This document shows positions 27,940 to 42,265 of a stretch of DNA of 64,000 bases, one piece after another. Both the position numbers and the translations under genes were made by a program. Positions within the stretch are counted from its first letter, which is position 1. Each line of letters opens with the position of its first letter. The DNA is from Octopus sinensis (taxonomy: Eukaryota): positions 65,162,001 through 65,226,000 of the forward strand of contig NC_043007.1 of assembly GCF_006345805.1 (NCBI RefSeq). Direction: 5' to 3'. Below the pieces are notes generated by a model. It had not been told where the DNA came from. It searched no databases and saw only the letters and a list, made by a program, of their open reading frames with translations.

Positions 27940-28501
27940 TAACACACACACATTAATACACATACATACACACACTCGCACATGTATGTATGTATGTATG
28001 TATGGATGGATGGATGGATGTATGTATATATGTACATCTGTCCACTTCTTGCCATATTTTTATCCTTCACTTCCTACACACACACACACACTCACACACA
28101 CACACACAGACACACACACACGCACGCACACACACACACACACACGCACGCACGCACGCACACACACACACCTTCTTAGCTTACAATTTCTTTCTTTCAA
28201 CAATTGACAACTGAAGTACGCTCGCAAATTAATACTACGAAAACTACTACGACAGAAAGTAAATTAAAAACCAATTTACCTTTTCTGTTGAATTATCATG
28301 GCAATTCGACCGTCTGATTTCAGTTAATCCGTCTCTTTTCTTCAACTGAACTTAGTTCCTATCGTTTCTTTGTGAAATCTAGGAGTGTTTCTTTTTGTTA
28401 CTTCTCGAGAAAGTTTTGTTTCCTCGACACTAAAAACTAACGGGAAGTAGACAACAGTCCCAGTACAATTGGTGTAATAGTGTAACTCATAATGTGAGCG
28501 G

Positions 28502-29291
28502 CTAGCATCTACTCACCATATGTCAGTCAATTGTTGGTGTGTGTGTGCAAATGTGTTCGAATGAGAAAGTGAATTGTGTTTGGCGCCTTTTTTACTAATA
28601 GCAAACACACACGAGTGTGTGTGTGTGTTTGAGTGTTTGTATGTAGTTGTTTGAAACGTTTGTGTTTGTCACCGTCATATATGTATTTGTATATGTGTGT
28701 GTGTGAGGAGTAAATCGTTATGTATTAAGTTTTGTCTCTGTTTCCTGTCTGTATTTTTGTTGAGTAGTGGTTTAAGGTACACTTGCAAAGAGAAAGTAGG
28801 AGAAATTGTGGTAATAGAAGGAGTTAAGCATTTGAAATGAGAGAGGGAAATCGTAAAATATTGAGTTTTCTCGAATTTTTGCTTAATTGGGGGTCACATT
28901 GAAAGACATTTATATGCCATGACCCAATGGAATGTACTTCGAAAAATCATAGGTAAATTCCAATTGAAGAAATTGTGTGAGGAGTAAATCGTTATGTATT
29001 TATTTGTTTCTGTTTCCTCTGTATTTTTTTTTGAGTAGTGGTTTAAGGAACACTTGCAAAGAGAAAGTAGGAGAGAGTGTGGTAATAGAAGGAGTGAAGC
29101 ATTTGAAATGAGAGAGGCAAATTTTTGCTTAATTGGGGGTCAAATTGAAAAAAAATTATATGCCATGACCCAATCGAATCTACTTCGAAAAATCATAGGT
29201 AAATTTCAATTGAAGAAATTCTATATTGTACAATTGTATTAAAAAGAAACATAGTCACAGGCAGAGAAAATCTGCCTTTTATCATAAGAGA
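28502..29291 (-). mobile_element. Probable non-autonomous Helitron with internal ~270-bp tandem duplication
   Basis: A|TC start at 29291 similar to the other Helitron 5' ends; ~28700-28975 duplicated at ~28976-29220; 3' end degraded. Confidence 0.5.
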
Positions 29292-29344
29292 TACTTACTC
29301 CCCTTAAAATTATAGGCTTCGTGCTAAAATTAGAAAGAATTATT

Positions 29345-29559
29345 CGGCAAGTTGGCAGAGTCGTTAGCACGCCGGACAAAATGCTTAGCGGCATTTCAGC
29401 CTGCTTTACGTTCTGGGTTCAAATTCCACCGAGGGCAACTTTGCCTTTCATCGTCCCAGAGTCAATAAAATAGGTACCAGTTTGAACACTGGGGTCAGTA
29501 TAATCGACTTGCATCCATGCGCATCTTGCTGGCCTTGTGCCAGAATTTGGAACCATTAC

Positions 29560-29653
<94 letters not shown>

Positions 29654-29863
29654 GTTATTATTGTATGAAGGTGGCGAGCTGGCAGAATCGTTTGCATACC
29701 GGGCAAAAATGCTCAGCATTATTTCGTCCGTCTGTACGTTCTGAGTTCAAATTCCGCCAAGGTCAACTTTGCCTTTCATCCTTTCGGGGAAGATAAATTA
29801 AGTACTAATCGATCGTCTGACCCCCCCACAAAATTTTGGGCCTAGTGCCTAGAGTAGAAAAGA

Positions 29864-29865
<2 letters not shown>
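29345..29865 (+). mobile_element. Two SINE family 2 copies separated by (TTA)n
   Basis: Heads at ~29345 and ~29668 with B-box gttcaaattcc. Confidence 0.9.
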
Positions 29866-29894
<29 letters not shown>

Positions 29895-30454
29895 TATTAT
29901 TATTATTATTATTATTATGTTTATTAGTCATGTTATGAGAGATACATCAATATTTTCGTTTCTTACATCAAATATAATTAGGCACATATTGGAAAACAAT
30001 CATAAAACTGTTGAAGATTAACATGCTGTGTGAGAATTTTCTAACAAATATCTACAAATCCAAATATTGTTGCTTCCTGATTCGTGCTTATGTCTAATTC
30101 TTACAGATAATTTCTTCAGTCTCTTTACTGAAAGGATTGTTTATAGATCCTGTTGCACCATTTACAAATGATTTTATGTAAATATTCCTCAACTGCCATG
30201 ATGGTTTTTATTCAAACTGCTAAGTTGATATAGTTCCTTAACGTTTTCTGCTCACTCCTATACATCATTATAAACATTTAATATTGCTGTATACTTTAGT
30301 TATTTGCTTTTATGTAGCCATCACGGCTAAAGTTGACTAAGATTGGCTAAGATTGACTCTCTACCTATTACACTATTGTCATGCTTGTCACGGAAAATGA
30401 TGTCAGTATTATTATATTTCTGTGGTTGTCTCTGTATGCTAAACTAGTGGTTTC

Positions 30455-31008
30455 CAAACTGCTCACCTGGTTATGGTCAAGCAACTGATAAGCAAGTCTG
30501 TAGTACTGAGCAGAATACCCATCATGACTACCCGTCTGATAAGGGTACACCAGGCACATGCATCACAACCATATGTGCGCGGCATGGTGATCTCATATCA
30601 AGATAAACAGCGCATGACCTTGCAGGTGGGGCCCAGTTAGAATTTTCCTCTGGTCGAGTAGCCCATCCCACACAAAAGGTCCCTGAATAAGGATTGTTTA
30701 AGGATGTTGAACGAACCATCTATGTTTCCAAAGGTGAATTATCCAAGCCTCTAAGAATTCCTTTCAACACACGGTTATGATGCTCCCTCACTACTTCTGT
30801 TCGTGATCAGAGATGCACATATCGTCAGCCACTAAGGGGCATGCTCAACTGGTTATGGTCAAACAACTGACAAGCAAATCTGTGGTATTGAGCAGAATAT
30901 TTGTTGTAGTCCATCTTTTATACCAAGACAAAACAATGTACATGATAACACTTCCAATCAGTTAAGATCAGAAGCCATGAGAGCCAATGTCTGGTACTGC
31001 ATCAGGGC
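30455..31008 (-). mobile_element. 556-bp element copy A (3'-truncated/rearranged)
   Basis: Near-identical to copy B over 30515-31008; extra internal fragment 30455-30516. Confidence 0.9.
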
Positions 31009-31010
31009 TT

Positions 31011-31069
<59 letters not shown>

Positions 31070-31093
31070 TATTATTATTATTATTATTATTAT

Positions 31094-31647
31094 TGAGTGA
31101 GAGAGCAGTGCATGCCATCAAAGTGACACTGGGGTAAAATATACGAAGCCCAATATACCCATCATGACTACCCGTCTGATAAAGGTACACCAGGCACATG
31201 CATCACAACCATATGTGCGCGACATGGTGATCTCATATCAAGATAAACAGCACATGACCTTGCAGGTGGGGCCCAGTTAGAATTTTCTTCAGATTGAGTA
31301 GCCCATCCCGCTCAAACGGTCCCTGAATAAGGGTTGTTTAAGGATGTTGAAAGAACCACCCATGTTTCCAGAGGTGAACTATTCAAACCCCAAAGAATCC
31401 CTCTCAACACATGGCTATGATGCTCCCCCACTACTTCTGCTCGTGATCAGAGATGCACATATTGTCAGCCACGAAGGGACATGCTCAACTGGTTAAGGTC
31501 AAACAACTGACAAGCAAATCTGTGGTATTGAGCAGAATATTTGCTGTAGCCCATCTTTTATACCAAGACAAAACAATGTACATGATAACACTTCCAATCA
31601 GTTAAGATCAGAAGGCATGAGAGCCACTGCCTGGTACTGCATCAGGG

Positions 31648-31649
<2 letters not shown>
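31094..31649 (-). mobile_element. 556-bp element copy B (full length)
   Basis: Reverse complement of 39386-39941; flanked by (TTA)n on both sides. Confidence 0.92.
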
Positions 31650-31726
<77 letters not shown>

Positions 31727-33065
31727 TTTATTAGCGTCAGAAAAATCTACCCTGCAGTGTTTCTTCTGGATCTTTAAGCTCTTGAATCAAATCCTGTCAA
31801 GGTCAACTTTGCCTTTCACCCTTTCGTAGTCGATAAAATTATCTACCCGTCCAATACATTATTTTATCGAAATACCCCTCCCCTCAGAATTACTGTCTTT
31901 TGTCCAAATGACAAACAGCAACAACAGTAATAATAGATGTATGCACTTCAAATAATTATAAAAGTTCAGCGTTGTACGAATAGTATATTAACTTTTAAGC
32001 GGCTTCTGTGTTACTGCTGGGAAAGGTGAGAACTGTGAGGTTACCGTATTTTTTTCATAGGAAAATCTTTACTCATTCCGCTTTATATTTCTAAAAATGA
32101 ACTGCGATTTGTGCCAGATACATGAAAAGCTAATTCTGATTTATGACAGGTTATTTTAATCGTGCAAAGAAGGGCACTTTTTTTTTGGTGGTGGTGGTGG
32201 TGGGGTGGTTACTTTGTGTTTTCTTCCAGTTATGCAAAACTGAAAAAAAATCTATTTTGTCGATTGCTGATTCTTAACGGCTCGAAATTCTTGTTTCACA
32301 TGATAATGCAAATCTCTGGATTTTAATGAAATACTAGATTAAATTTGCATTTGATCTTCTGACTGAACAACCATAGGTATATATCTATGTTGGTTTCATA
32401 ACAGTTTGAAACTTTTCATCATTAGATCTAAATAAGTTTTGACGGTGGAATCAGCGTTTCTTGACACATTTGCACGATATATGATACACGATGGAATTCA
32501 ACAGAACTATTTAAAAGTTGTCATATATAAATGCAATTAAATTTTGCAGTAAGAATGATGACATTTATTGCTTATGCAGGCCGACGTTATAACTCGATGC
32601 AGTTAATATTCTACTCGAAAGTTTATGAATTTATGGAAAACGTAAATCGGAGAGAAGTACCAAAGAGTATCACTTTTGGTAACAAAGCATATTAGTATGG
32701 AATTTAAGCATATAACAGATAAGTATATCAATAAAAAATTAGTTAAGAGAGTTGGACTGAGCGGAAATGGTGGGAAACTTGCTGGTTCAGAGAGACAAAA
32801 TCTTCTAGACTAACGTTAAAAGAGACAAAAATACGTCAGTTTGCTACTTCTGGTCGTACTTGTCATTGTGTAGATCTAAAGTAGCACTCAATGAACGGAT
32901 ATGAAATCAAAAGTACTCCAAAATTGACCGATTCTTCCTCTGTAGTCCTCCGTGCATCATGGACTACACTATAAAAAGTTGAAACTGATAGTCATCAATG
33001 GAGATGTTGCAGTTTTCTCCCATCGTCTTCTATATATTACATATGATGTTATATAAATATTTATG

Positions 33066-33119
<54 letters not shown>

Positions 33120-33252
33120 TGTTGGTCGAATTACCGGTTCACGAGCCACTGGGGCGAGTAATATTATCTTGTTAGAATCCTGTAGGTGATGTTGCATCTT
33201 GTTTCAGTCTTTTATGTTTCATTAGATGTTCTTCAGTCTCTCTCTCTCTCTC

Positions 33253-33332
<80 letters not shown>

Positions 33333-33413
33333 TGTATATGTACGTATATATATGTATATACATATGTATATGTACATACACAAACTATATGTATGTATAT
33401 ATATGTATATATA

Positions 33414-33455
<42 letters not shown>

Positions 33456-33704
33456 GCATACATACATATGTGCAGAGAGATAGATAGTGAAAGACAAGGA
33501 GAGAAAGAAAGAGATTGGTTGGCCGATCGCGAAAACTGGTTTATTAATGTCATATAAATAGTACCTCAACACCTGTCAAATTAAGTGTGCCGTTACTGCT
33601 GAACTCGTGCTTATTGGTCAATATTCAGAGGAGATTCGGAAGTGTTTTTGGATGGTGTACAAAATATACTAAAATATGCTAATGTCTAACAAAAATGTAC
33701 TTAC

Positions 33705-33863
33705 TTTTTTTATTTAGAAGCTCTCTTCTGTCATCTGTAAGTAACATAGTAGATTTAATTTGCACCAACATTTGCACTAAATAGGTTATCGATATATTCG
33801 GCCATGTCCCAAAACAAACTAAATCATGGCGGCTCAGGATGCAATAACGATCGAATTGATCAT
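33705..33863 (-). CDS. Candidate internal exon, 159 nt, phase 1-1
   Basis: ctag| acceptor (weak pyrimidine tract), open frame DDQFDRYCILSRHDLVCFGTWPNISITYLVQMLVQIKSTMLLTDDRRELLNKK, consensus donor |GTAAGT. Confidence 0.5.
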
Positions 33864-34005
33864 CTAGATATATATTTCTATAAATGTATGTATGTTTGTA
33901 TGCGCACACGCACACACAGATATATTTAAGCATATATACATATATACATATATATGTATACATATATACATATATATATGTACATACATGCCGTTATACA
34001 TACAT

Positions 34006-34043
<38 letters not shown>

Positions 34044-34113
34044 GCGAGAATATTATTCCAAACTTACAGGGAAAAATTCAATTTAGAAATACTAAATCAA
34101 ATTTCACAAAATA

Positions 34114-34145
<32 letters not shown>

Positions 34146-34149
<4 letters not shown>

Positions 34150-34305
34150 TAGAAAAAACCCCACTTGTTATCAATTCAATAATGAAGAATTAAATTGTAC
34201 CATTTATATGTTTTATCTTATATTTAATCTTTCTATATGTAATTTTTCTAAATGGTATAAATTAATTTTTCATTATTGAATTGATAAAAGGTGTTTTTTC
34301 TAATT

Positions 34306-34306
<1 letters not shown>
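34146..34306. mobile_element. MITE-like fold-back with ~60-bp TIRs inserted in (TA)n
   Basis: aaattagaaaaaacc..ttatcaattcaataatgaa..taccattta is inverted at 34249-34306. Confidence 0.8.
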
Positions 34307-34360
<54 letters not shown>

Positions 34361-34373
34361 CAACAACAACAAC

Positions 34374-34410
<37 letters not shown>

Positions 34411-34667
34411 TTAAACCTTTTTATAATAGGCACAAGACCTGAAATTTTGTTGGGAGGGTGCTAGTCGATTACATCTCAACTGGTATTTACTTCATCGAAT
34501 ATATCTGGTATATATTTCAAAGTATTTTAAAATCAAAAATCAAAAGCATACAACTTGAGTACATGCATGTATCTCTGAAATATGAATGATATATATCTAA
34601 GATCGGATTTTGTATTTGCATTCATTCACATGCTTTGCTTGTTTTGTATTTATGCAGAATATCCTTC

Positions 34668-34885
34668 CTACTATGGACACAAAGCTTGAAAATGTGAGGA
34701 GAGGGGGATCGACTAGTCGATTACATCAACATCAGTGTTCAACTCTGATGCTTGTTTTATCAACCCTGAAAGGATGAAGAGAAAAGTCGACCCTAATAGA
34801 ATTTGAACTCAGAACGTAAAGACGGACGAAATGCTGCTAAGAATTTTGCCCGGCATGCTAACGATTTTGTCACCTTGCGGTCTTA
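34668..34885 (-). mobile_element. SINE family 2 copy
   Basis: gaaaggatgaa...gtcgacc...gaatttgaactcagaacgtaaagac. Confidence 0.8.
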
Positions 34886-35075
34886 ATATTTATTTATGCT
34901 GGAAGTCCAAAACATCAACTCCTAAACATCACATAAGATTTTATGTTTTGGACAGCCAAGAATCGTTCTGAAGATAGATTATTCTATTAATTTTACTTCT
35001 CGTCACACATGTATTCATGGGTGTACCCACGCATATACAGGCATACATACATACATATATACATACATACACACA

Positions 35076-35126
<51 letters not shown>

Positions 35127-35155
35127 CACACACACATACACACACATACACACAC

Positions 35156-35213
<58 letters not shown>

Positions 35214-35293
35214 TTTCGAATTCAAATTTACAGAAAACAAAAGAGGAAGACAAACAGGTGTATTACTTTAACGTTTGGAAACAATGGTGAAGT

Positions 35294-35331
35294 CCTTGAC
35301 GTTTCAAGCCTACGCTCTTTGACAGAAAAGG
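35294..35331 (-). ncRNA. Minimal hammerhead-like motif, degenerate
   Basis: Minus: TTTT-CTGTCAA-A-GAGC gtag GCTT-GAAA-CGTC-AAGG; same architecture as 9177-9211; cassette ~35212-35408 is flanked by (TA)n. Confidence 0.55.
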
Positions 35332-35427
35332 TTAAAAGGGAAAAATGGACAGAGAACGAAAAAAGAACGGAGAGAAAATGTGATATAGAGATTAAAAGTT
35401 CAACTTGATGATATATATATATATTAC

Positions 35428-35770
35428 TACGGCACTCCGTCGGTTACGACGACAAGGGTTCCAGTTGATTCAATCAACGGAACAGCTTGCACATGAAATT
35501 AACATGCAAGTGGCTGAGCACCCCACAGACACGTGTACCCTTAACACAGTTCTCGGGGAGATTCAGCATGACCCTTCGAAATACAGGGACAACAGAAACA
35601 GGAAGAAAGAGTGAAATTTGTGGTGAAAGTGTACAGCAGGGTTTCCCACCACCCCTGCCGCAGCCTCGTGGAGCTTCAAGTGTTTTCACTCAATAAACAC
35701 TCACAACGCCCGATCTGGGAATGCTATGACCGCGAATCCGCTGCCCTAACCACTGGGCCATTGCAGCCCC
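35428..35770 (-). mobile_element. tRNA-derived SINE, family 3
   Basis: Minus head gcaatggcccagtggttagggcagcgga..cgcggtc..ttcccaga matches 42093-42265. Confidence 0.85.
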
Positions 35771-35879
35771 ATATATATATGTGTGTGTATGTGTGTGTGT
35801 TTGTGTGTGTGTGCGTGTATGTGTGTGCGTGCGTGTGTGTCTGTATATTGGTACAGTTAGGTATATTTGAAAAAAAAGG

Positions 35880-36450
35880 ACTACACTGGTAGTGCTAATC
35901 AGTTGAATACATTTATTTAAAAAAAATTTTTAGTAATATAAATTTTACGCTTTAGTTTGTAGATCTAGTAAGTTTTTTGCTAACTTGCGTGGGGACATTT
36001 TTTTCTTTTAAATTCCTTGTTAATTCTTCTGGAGAACTTTCTCGCATTCATTGTCAAATAGATCTGTGGGTTTGGGGTTTTGTGATTCTATATATGGGAT
36101 TTGGGTGTGTTTGGGGTTGGGGCTTGTTAATCAGTGTGAGAATGAAAGGGTGTTGAGGAATAAGAGCTGATTGGAAATAGTGAACGGTCAAAACAAGATA
36201 ATTGATTGGGGTGGAGTTGGGAGGTGGTGGGTGTTAAAGGAGTGCTTTATGAAGGCATTTGAATAGTTGAACTTTGGTGACAGATATAATGATCAGATCA
36301 GATGTTTTTCCAAGTTCTTTCTCTTAGTAATTTTCTATGTGTGTCTGGGGTGGTGGTGTTAATGAGTTGTAAGATAAAAATGTTTGTTGATAGAAATGCT
36401 TTTTATATATTGGTTTGAGAGGAGAGGTGGGTGAGATCATGCTAGATCAC
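35880..36450 (-). mobile_element. Possible Penelope-like element N-terminal remnant
   Basis: Minus KLLDLQTK...FLNKCIQ resembles the FLxxC motif at PLE ORF starts; weak. Confidence 0.25.
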
Positions 36451-37369
36451 ATATTTACTTCCCTACATATAATAGATAAAAAGTATATATACATTTCTCT
36501 CTCTCTCTTTCTCTCTCTCTGTATATATATATATATATATACATACATATATACACATACACACGTATATATAAATGCAGATATATCTATTTACACATAT
36601 ACACATGTATATATATAGACACATATACATATATATACACACACATGCACGGATATACTCATACATACACACGCATATATCGTGACCATACACATGTATA
36701 TATGTTCATACACACATATACACGCATATATACATATGCATACACACACATATAATAAGCCTATGTGTATATTCATACACATAAATACACACATACATAC
36801 CTACATACACATACATACCTACATACACATACATACACACACATACACACACTCACACAGAAATATCTCCCCCAGCTCACATGAACCCACACTTCTGCTC
36901 ACGTACCCACAACCACCATCATAGCCGCCCAACACCTGTTTTCCATGTAGATGCTAAACAACGACGACGAGGATGATGGATCCATGTGCAGATATATGGG
37001 AATATATGAAGTAGAAAAATACACACGCGTCGGTATGTGTGTGCATATACATACTTATACACATTCATCCCCAGATATGTATATACACATGTATGTACAC
37101 TTGCACGTGTGTATGTATCACATCCGTATATTTACATATACCGAAATACACGTGCATACTCATGCGCGCGCACACACACACATATGTTTACGTATCTACA
37201 CTAATCAAGTATTTAAGTCCACATATATATCTACACTACTCAAGTATTTAATTTCACATGTACATTGTGGAGGAGAGGGGTTAGTGAAATGGTAGTTTAC
37301 CTCTGAGGGTTGTTATTCTCTTCAACGATCGAATGATTGAATGTGTGTGTATCATCCACTTCCAATTGG

Positions 37370-37464
<95 letters not shown>

Positions 37465-37699
37465 CATATATTTATATATATAAAAAAAGAGAGGGTCCCA
37501 TTATTTTTCGATGGGGTTGGAATATCATTTTTTGTTTTCAGTTATGGTCAGTACTTCCTGATGAAGAATTCTTTTGTATATTTCCGGAAATGTTCGTTGT
37601 CCACCCATAACATAAAGTAGGGGAAGATTGTCAATGTTTCCTTTCCGCATGATGCGAAGTATCCACTGAAAGTGGTTATATATATATATATCATTTGAG

Positions 37700-38960
37700 G
37701 TTAAGTTATGGACGAGTTTCGACACCCCTGTTAACTTTGATATTGCTATGGGCTCGGGTAATTCAGCTCAGATTACTGATTTAGTTGATGTGTATCTCTT
37801 AAAGTGCCTTACTAATGAAATTCCTGAATTGCAGGGTGGTCTGTATTCTTTATAAGTGGTCTATAATGCTTTATTCATTATTTCTAGTAATAATAAATCA
37901 TTCATAGAAAGAATGAGGAAAATAATTAGAAAACTTTTCAAAACTTTCAACTTAAGAACCACTTTCGAACATGGCACAAATGTGGCTAACTTTTATACAC
38001 TTCTTTAGATATCATCTAAGGCTTATACTACCTCCTACAGGAAAACGGATGAAGTCACGAAGTATGTGAACAAATCTTCTAATCATACCCCTAATATATT
38101 AAAATCAGTAGTTAAGGGTATTTCAAGAAGAATTACCGAGTTATCAGCTAATACAGACATTTTCAATGCTTACTCCCACTACTATAACTTCGCTCTGTCT
38201 AAGGCAGTATATAACAAGGAGATTACTTCTCTTAGTTCAGAAAGTCTAACACCTACTACTAATAATAAAGGGAATTTAAGTGAGAAGAAAAATAAAAGCG
38301 TCCTTGGTCCAGAAAACAGACCTATTTAGAGAGCCTCCAACACTCCTATTTAGTCAAAGAATAAGATATATAACTATAGGAAAATATATTCTCAGGTCAG
38401 TAAGATTAATAGTTTATATAATAATTGTAGAGAGACGATTGAGTGGATTATGTCACCCTCTAATGATATGATAAATACCAATAATGTAGCCTTATCTAAT
38501 AATCAAGTTGTAAGTTCGGATGATGGGAGAAGAGTAGATAGATTCCATCCTAATATACAGAAGTCTAGAAAGAATAATATAGTCTGGTATAATGTTTCCT
38601 TCAATTGTGCTATATCTACCATCATATACAATAAATTTATGGCAATTTTAGATAAAATCTTCCCTGCATCCCATAGATATAATGGAATATTTTCCCGTAA
38701 GACAATCAGAATATCAGATTCTACCATCCCCGTCATAGCCAGGTTTAATTAATAGAAGAAATATAGAATTAGCAAGAGGAATTAGTAATAATATTAGTAT
38801 TGGCAATAATGATTTAAACCTCTATAATGATCATAATGATAATGGATATGTAGGAATCCGGAACAACAGAACTAATATATCTAATATGTATAATATAAAC
38901 TGTGACACCGATGTTTATACTAGCCCAGATATTACTGACGCAGTACATGTGCTGCTGCAA
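37700..38960 (+). mobile_element. Penelope-like element RT/thumb region (pseudogenised)
   Basis: NFDIAMGSGNSAQITDLVDVYLL..GGLY; YVNKSSNHTPNILKSV..ISRRITELS..YNFALSKAVY; RKNNIVWYNVSFN..KFMAILDKIFPASHRYNGIFSRKTIRIS. Confidence 0.85.
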
Positions 38961-38984
38961 TAAATTTAAATAATACTATAGTTG

Positions 38985-39050
38985 AAGGAAGTAGTAATGA
39001 TATCAGTGATAATAATGTTGATAATAATTATAGTAGTAGTAGCGGTAATA

Positions 39051-39099
<49 letters not shown>

Positions 39100-39119
39100 T
39101 ATTATTATTATTATTATTA

Positions 39120-39160
<41 letters not shown>

Positions 39161-39221
39161 GAAGAAGAAGAAGAAGAAGAACAACAACAACAACAACAAC
39201 AACAGCAGCAGCAGCAGCAGC

Positions 39222-39255
<34 letters not shown>

Positions 39256-39257
39256 CC

Positions 39258-39302
<45 letters not shown>

Positions 39303-39329
39303 AACAATAACAATAACAATAACAATAAC

Positions 39330-39385
<56 letters not shown>
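38985..39385. repeat. Compound trinucleotide microsatellite (ATT)(AAT)(AAG)(AAC)(AGC)(ACC)
   Basis: Directly visible; orientation switch near 39118. Confidence 0.95.
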
Positions 39386-39387
<2 letters not shown>

Positions 39388-39941
39388 CCCTGATGCAGTA
39401 CCAGGCAGTGGCTCTCATGCCTTCTGATCTTAACTGATTGGAAGTGTTATCATGTACATTGTTTTGTCTTGGTATAAAAGATGGGCTACAGCAAATATTC
39501 TGCTCAATACCACAGATTTGCTTGTCAGTTGTTTGACCATAACCAGTTGAGCATGTCCCTTAGTGGCTGACGATATGTGCATCTCTGATCACGAGCAGAA
39601 GTAGTGGGGGAGCATCATAGCCATGTGTTGAGAAGGATTCTTTGGGGTTTGAATAATTCACCTCTGGAAACATGGGTGTTTCGTTCAACGTCCTTAACTA
39701 ACCCTTATTCAAGGACCTTTTGAGCGGGATGGGTTACTCGATCTGAAGAAAATTCTAACTGGGCTCCACCTGCAAGGTCATGTGCTGTTTATCTTGATAT
39801 GAGATCACCATGTCGCGCACATATGGTTGTGATGCATGTGCCTGGTGTACCCTTATCAGACGGGTAGTCATGATGGGTATACTGGGCTTCGTATATTTTA
39901 CCCCAGTGTCACTTTGATGGCATGCTCTGCTCGCTCACTCA
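39386..39941 (+). mobile_element. 556-bp element copy C (full length)
   Basis: tgccctgatgcagtaccagg...ctcactca between (AAT)n and (AAT)n(GAT)n. Confidence 0.92.
39434..39510 (+). promoter_or_regulatory. CCAAT-TATA-Inr-like module inside the 556-bp element
   Basis: CTGATTGG 39434-39441, TATAAAAG 39473-39480, TCAAT 39504-39508; conserved in copies A and B. Confidence 0.35.
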
Positions 39942-40114
<173 letters not shown>

Positions 40115-40153
40115 AATGATAACAATAATAATGATAACAATAATAATAATAAC

Positions 40154-40193
<40 letters not shown>

Positions 40194-40214
40194 GATAACA
40201 ATAATAATAATAAC

Positions 40215-40276
<62 letters not shown>

Positions 40277-40297
40277 GATAACAATAATAATAATAAC

Positions 40298-40975
<678 letters not shown>

Positions 40976-41035
40976 AATAATGATAATGACAACAATAATA
41001 ATGATAACAATAATAATAATAACAATAATAATAAC

Positions 41036-41126
<91 letters not shown>

Positions 41127-41133
41127 GTGGTGG

Positions 41134-41178
<45 letters not shown>

Positions 41179-41257
41179 CGATGATGATGATGATGATGAT
41201 GATGATAATAATAATAATAATAATATAATAATAATAATAATAATAATAACAACAATG

Positions 41258-41725
41258 ATAGGAATATCCATAATATTAATAGCAGTAATGCTCCCTGTTG
41301 AAATTGTAGAATAAAATCCCATTGCCCGTTATTAGGCTCTTGTTTAATCCAAAAAGCAGTTTACAGATGTATAATTGTGACTGAAACTGGTCGTTTTATC
41401 TGTATAGGGTCTTCAATATATATGAACAAACGTTTTAATAAAAATCTTTCGTCGTTTAGACTTAGATATAAAGCTAATAGTACGTCTTTATCTAGTAAAA
41501 TCTGGGAACTTAAAGAAAGCGGGACTAGATTTAGCCTTAAATGGGATATAATACGGAGGGTGCAGCCTTATAGAGATAATACATATGGATGTGAGCTTTG
41601 TCCTATGGAAAGTTTTGAGATTTTTAAGTATAGAGACATGAACAACCTTATTAATAATACATAAGACCTAAGGGTATCATGCGTGCATAACATCACCCGC
41701 ACATTTAAGTATTTTCGGAAGTAAT
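41258..41725 (+). mobile_element. Penelope-like element GIY-YIG endonuclease domain (continuation of 37700-38960)
   Basis: C*NCRIKSHCPLLGSCL..AVYRCII..TGRFICIGSS..KRFNKNLSSF..STSLSSKIWELK..KWDII..CELCPME..NLIN..SCVH. Confidence 0.88.
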
Positions 41726-42092
41726 AATATTATATTTATCATACTTGAAGACTTGGTGGTGGAAATTAACTTCGGACGTCGTATCCTTTATAACTTACCC
41801 TGTAATATAGGATATTATCCCCACGATATATCACCACGATATATATTTAACACTAACTGTATTGAAACAACACTAGTCAAAATGTGGTTTGCACTGCCTA
41901 CTTGAAATAACATATAAATTTCTTTTAAATCGTACTTGAAAATGACATCTCAGCAATTACAAGACATACGTTAATGAAGTCTCAAAGTAAACATCAGACG
42001 GTGGTCATTGTTACAACGTTTTCTTTTTTCATAGGACTACTTTCTTTATAAACCACTTGAGATTTAGAAGCAATAACAACAACGACAACGAC

Positions 42093-42265
42093 GGTGGAGG
42101 CGCAATGGCCAGTGGTTGAGGCGGCGGACTCGCGGTCGTAAGAACTTGGTTTCGATTCCCAGACCGGGCATTGTGAGTGTTTATTTAGCAAAAACACACT
42201 AAGCTCCACGAAACTCCCTGCTGTATTCTTTCACCACAACGTTCTCTCACTCTTTCTTCCTACTT
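42093..42265 (+). mobile_element. tRNA-derived SINE, family 3 (3'-truncated)
   Basis: A box TGGCCAGTGG, B box GTTTCGATTCC. Confidence 0.85.

Noticed and set aside
28505-28525. Minus-strand GTGAGT donor
   Set aside because: Falls at the degraded end of a probable Helitron with no supporting frame
32580-32678. Plus-strand 99-nt exon candidate (also 30107-30177)
   Set aside because: Good acceptors but weak donors; such short open frames are expected by chance; no coherent chain
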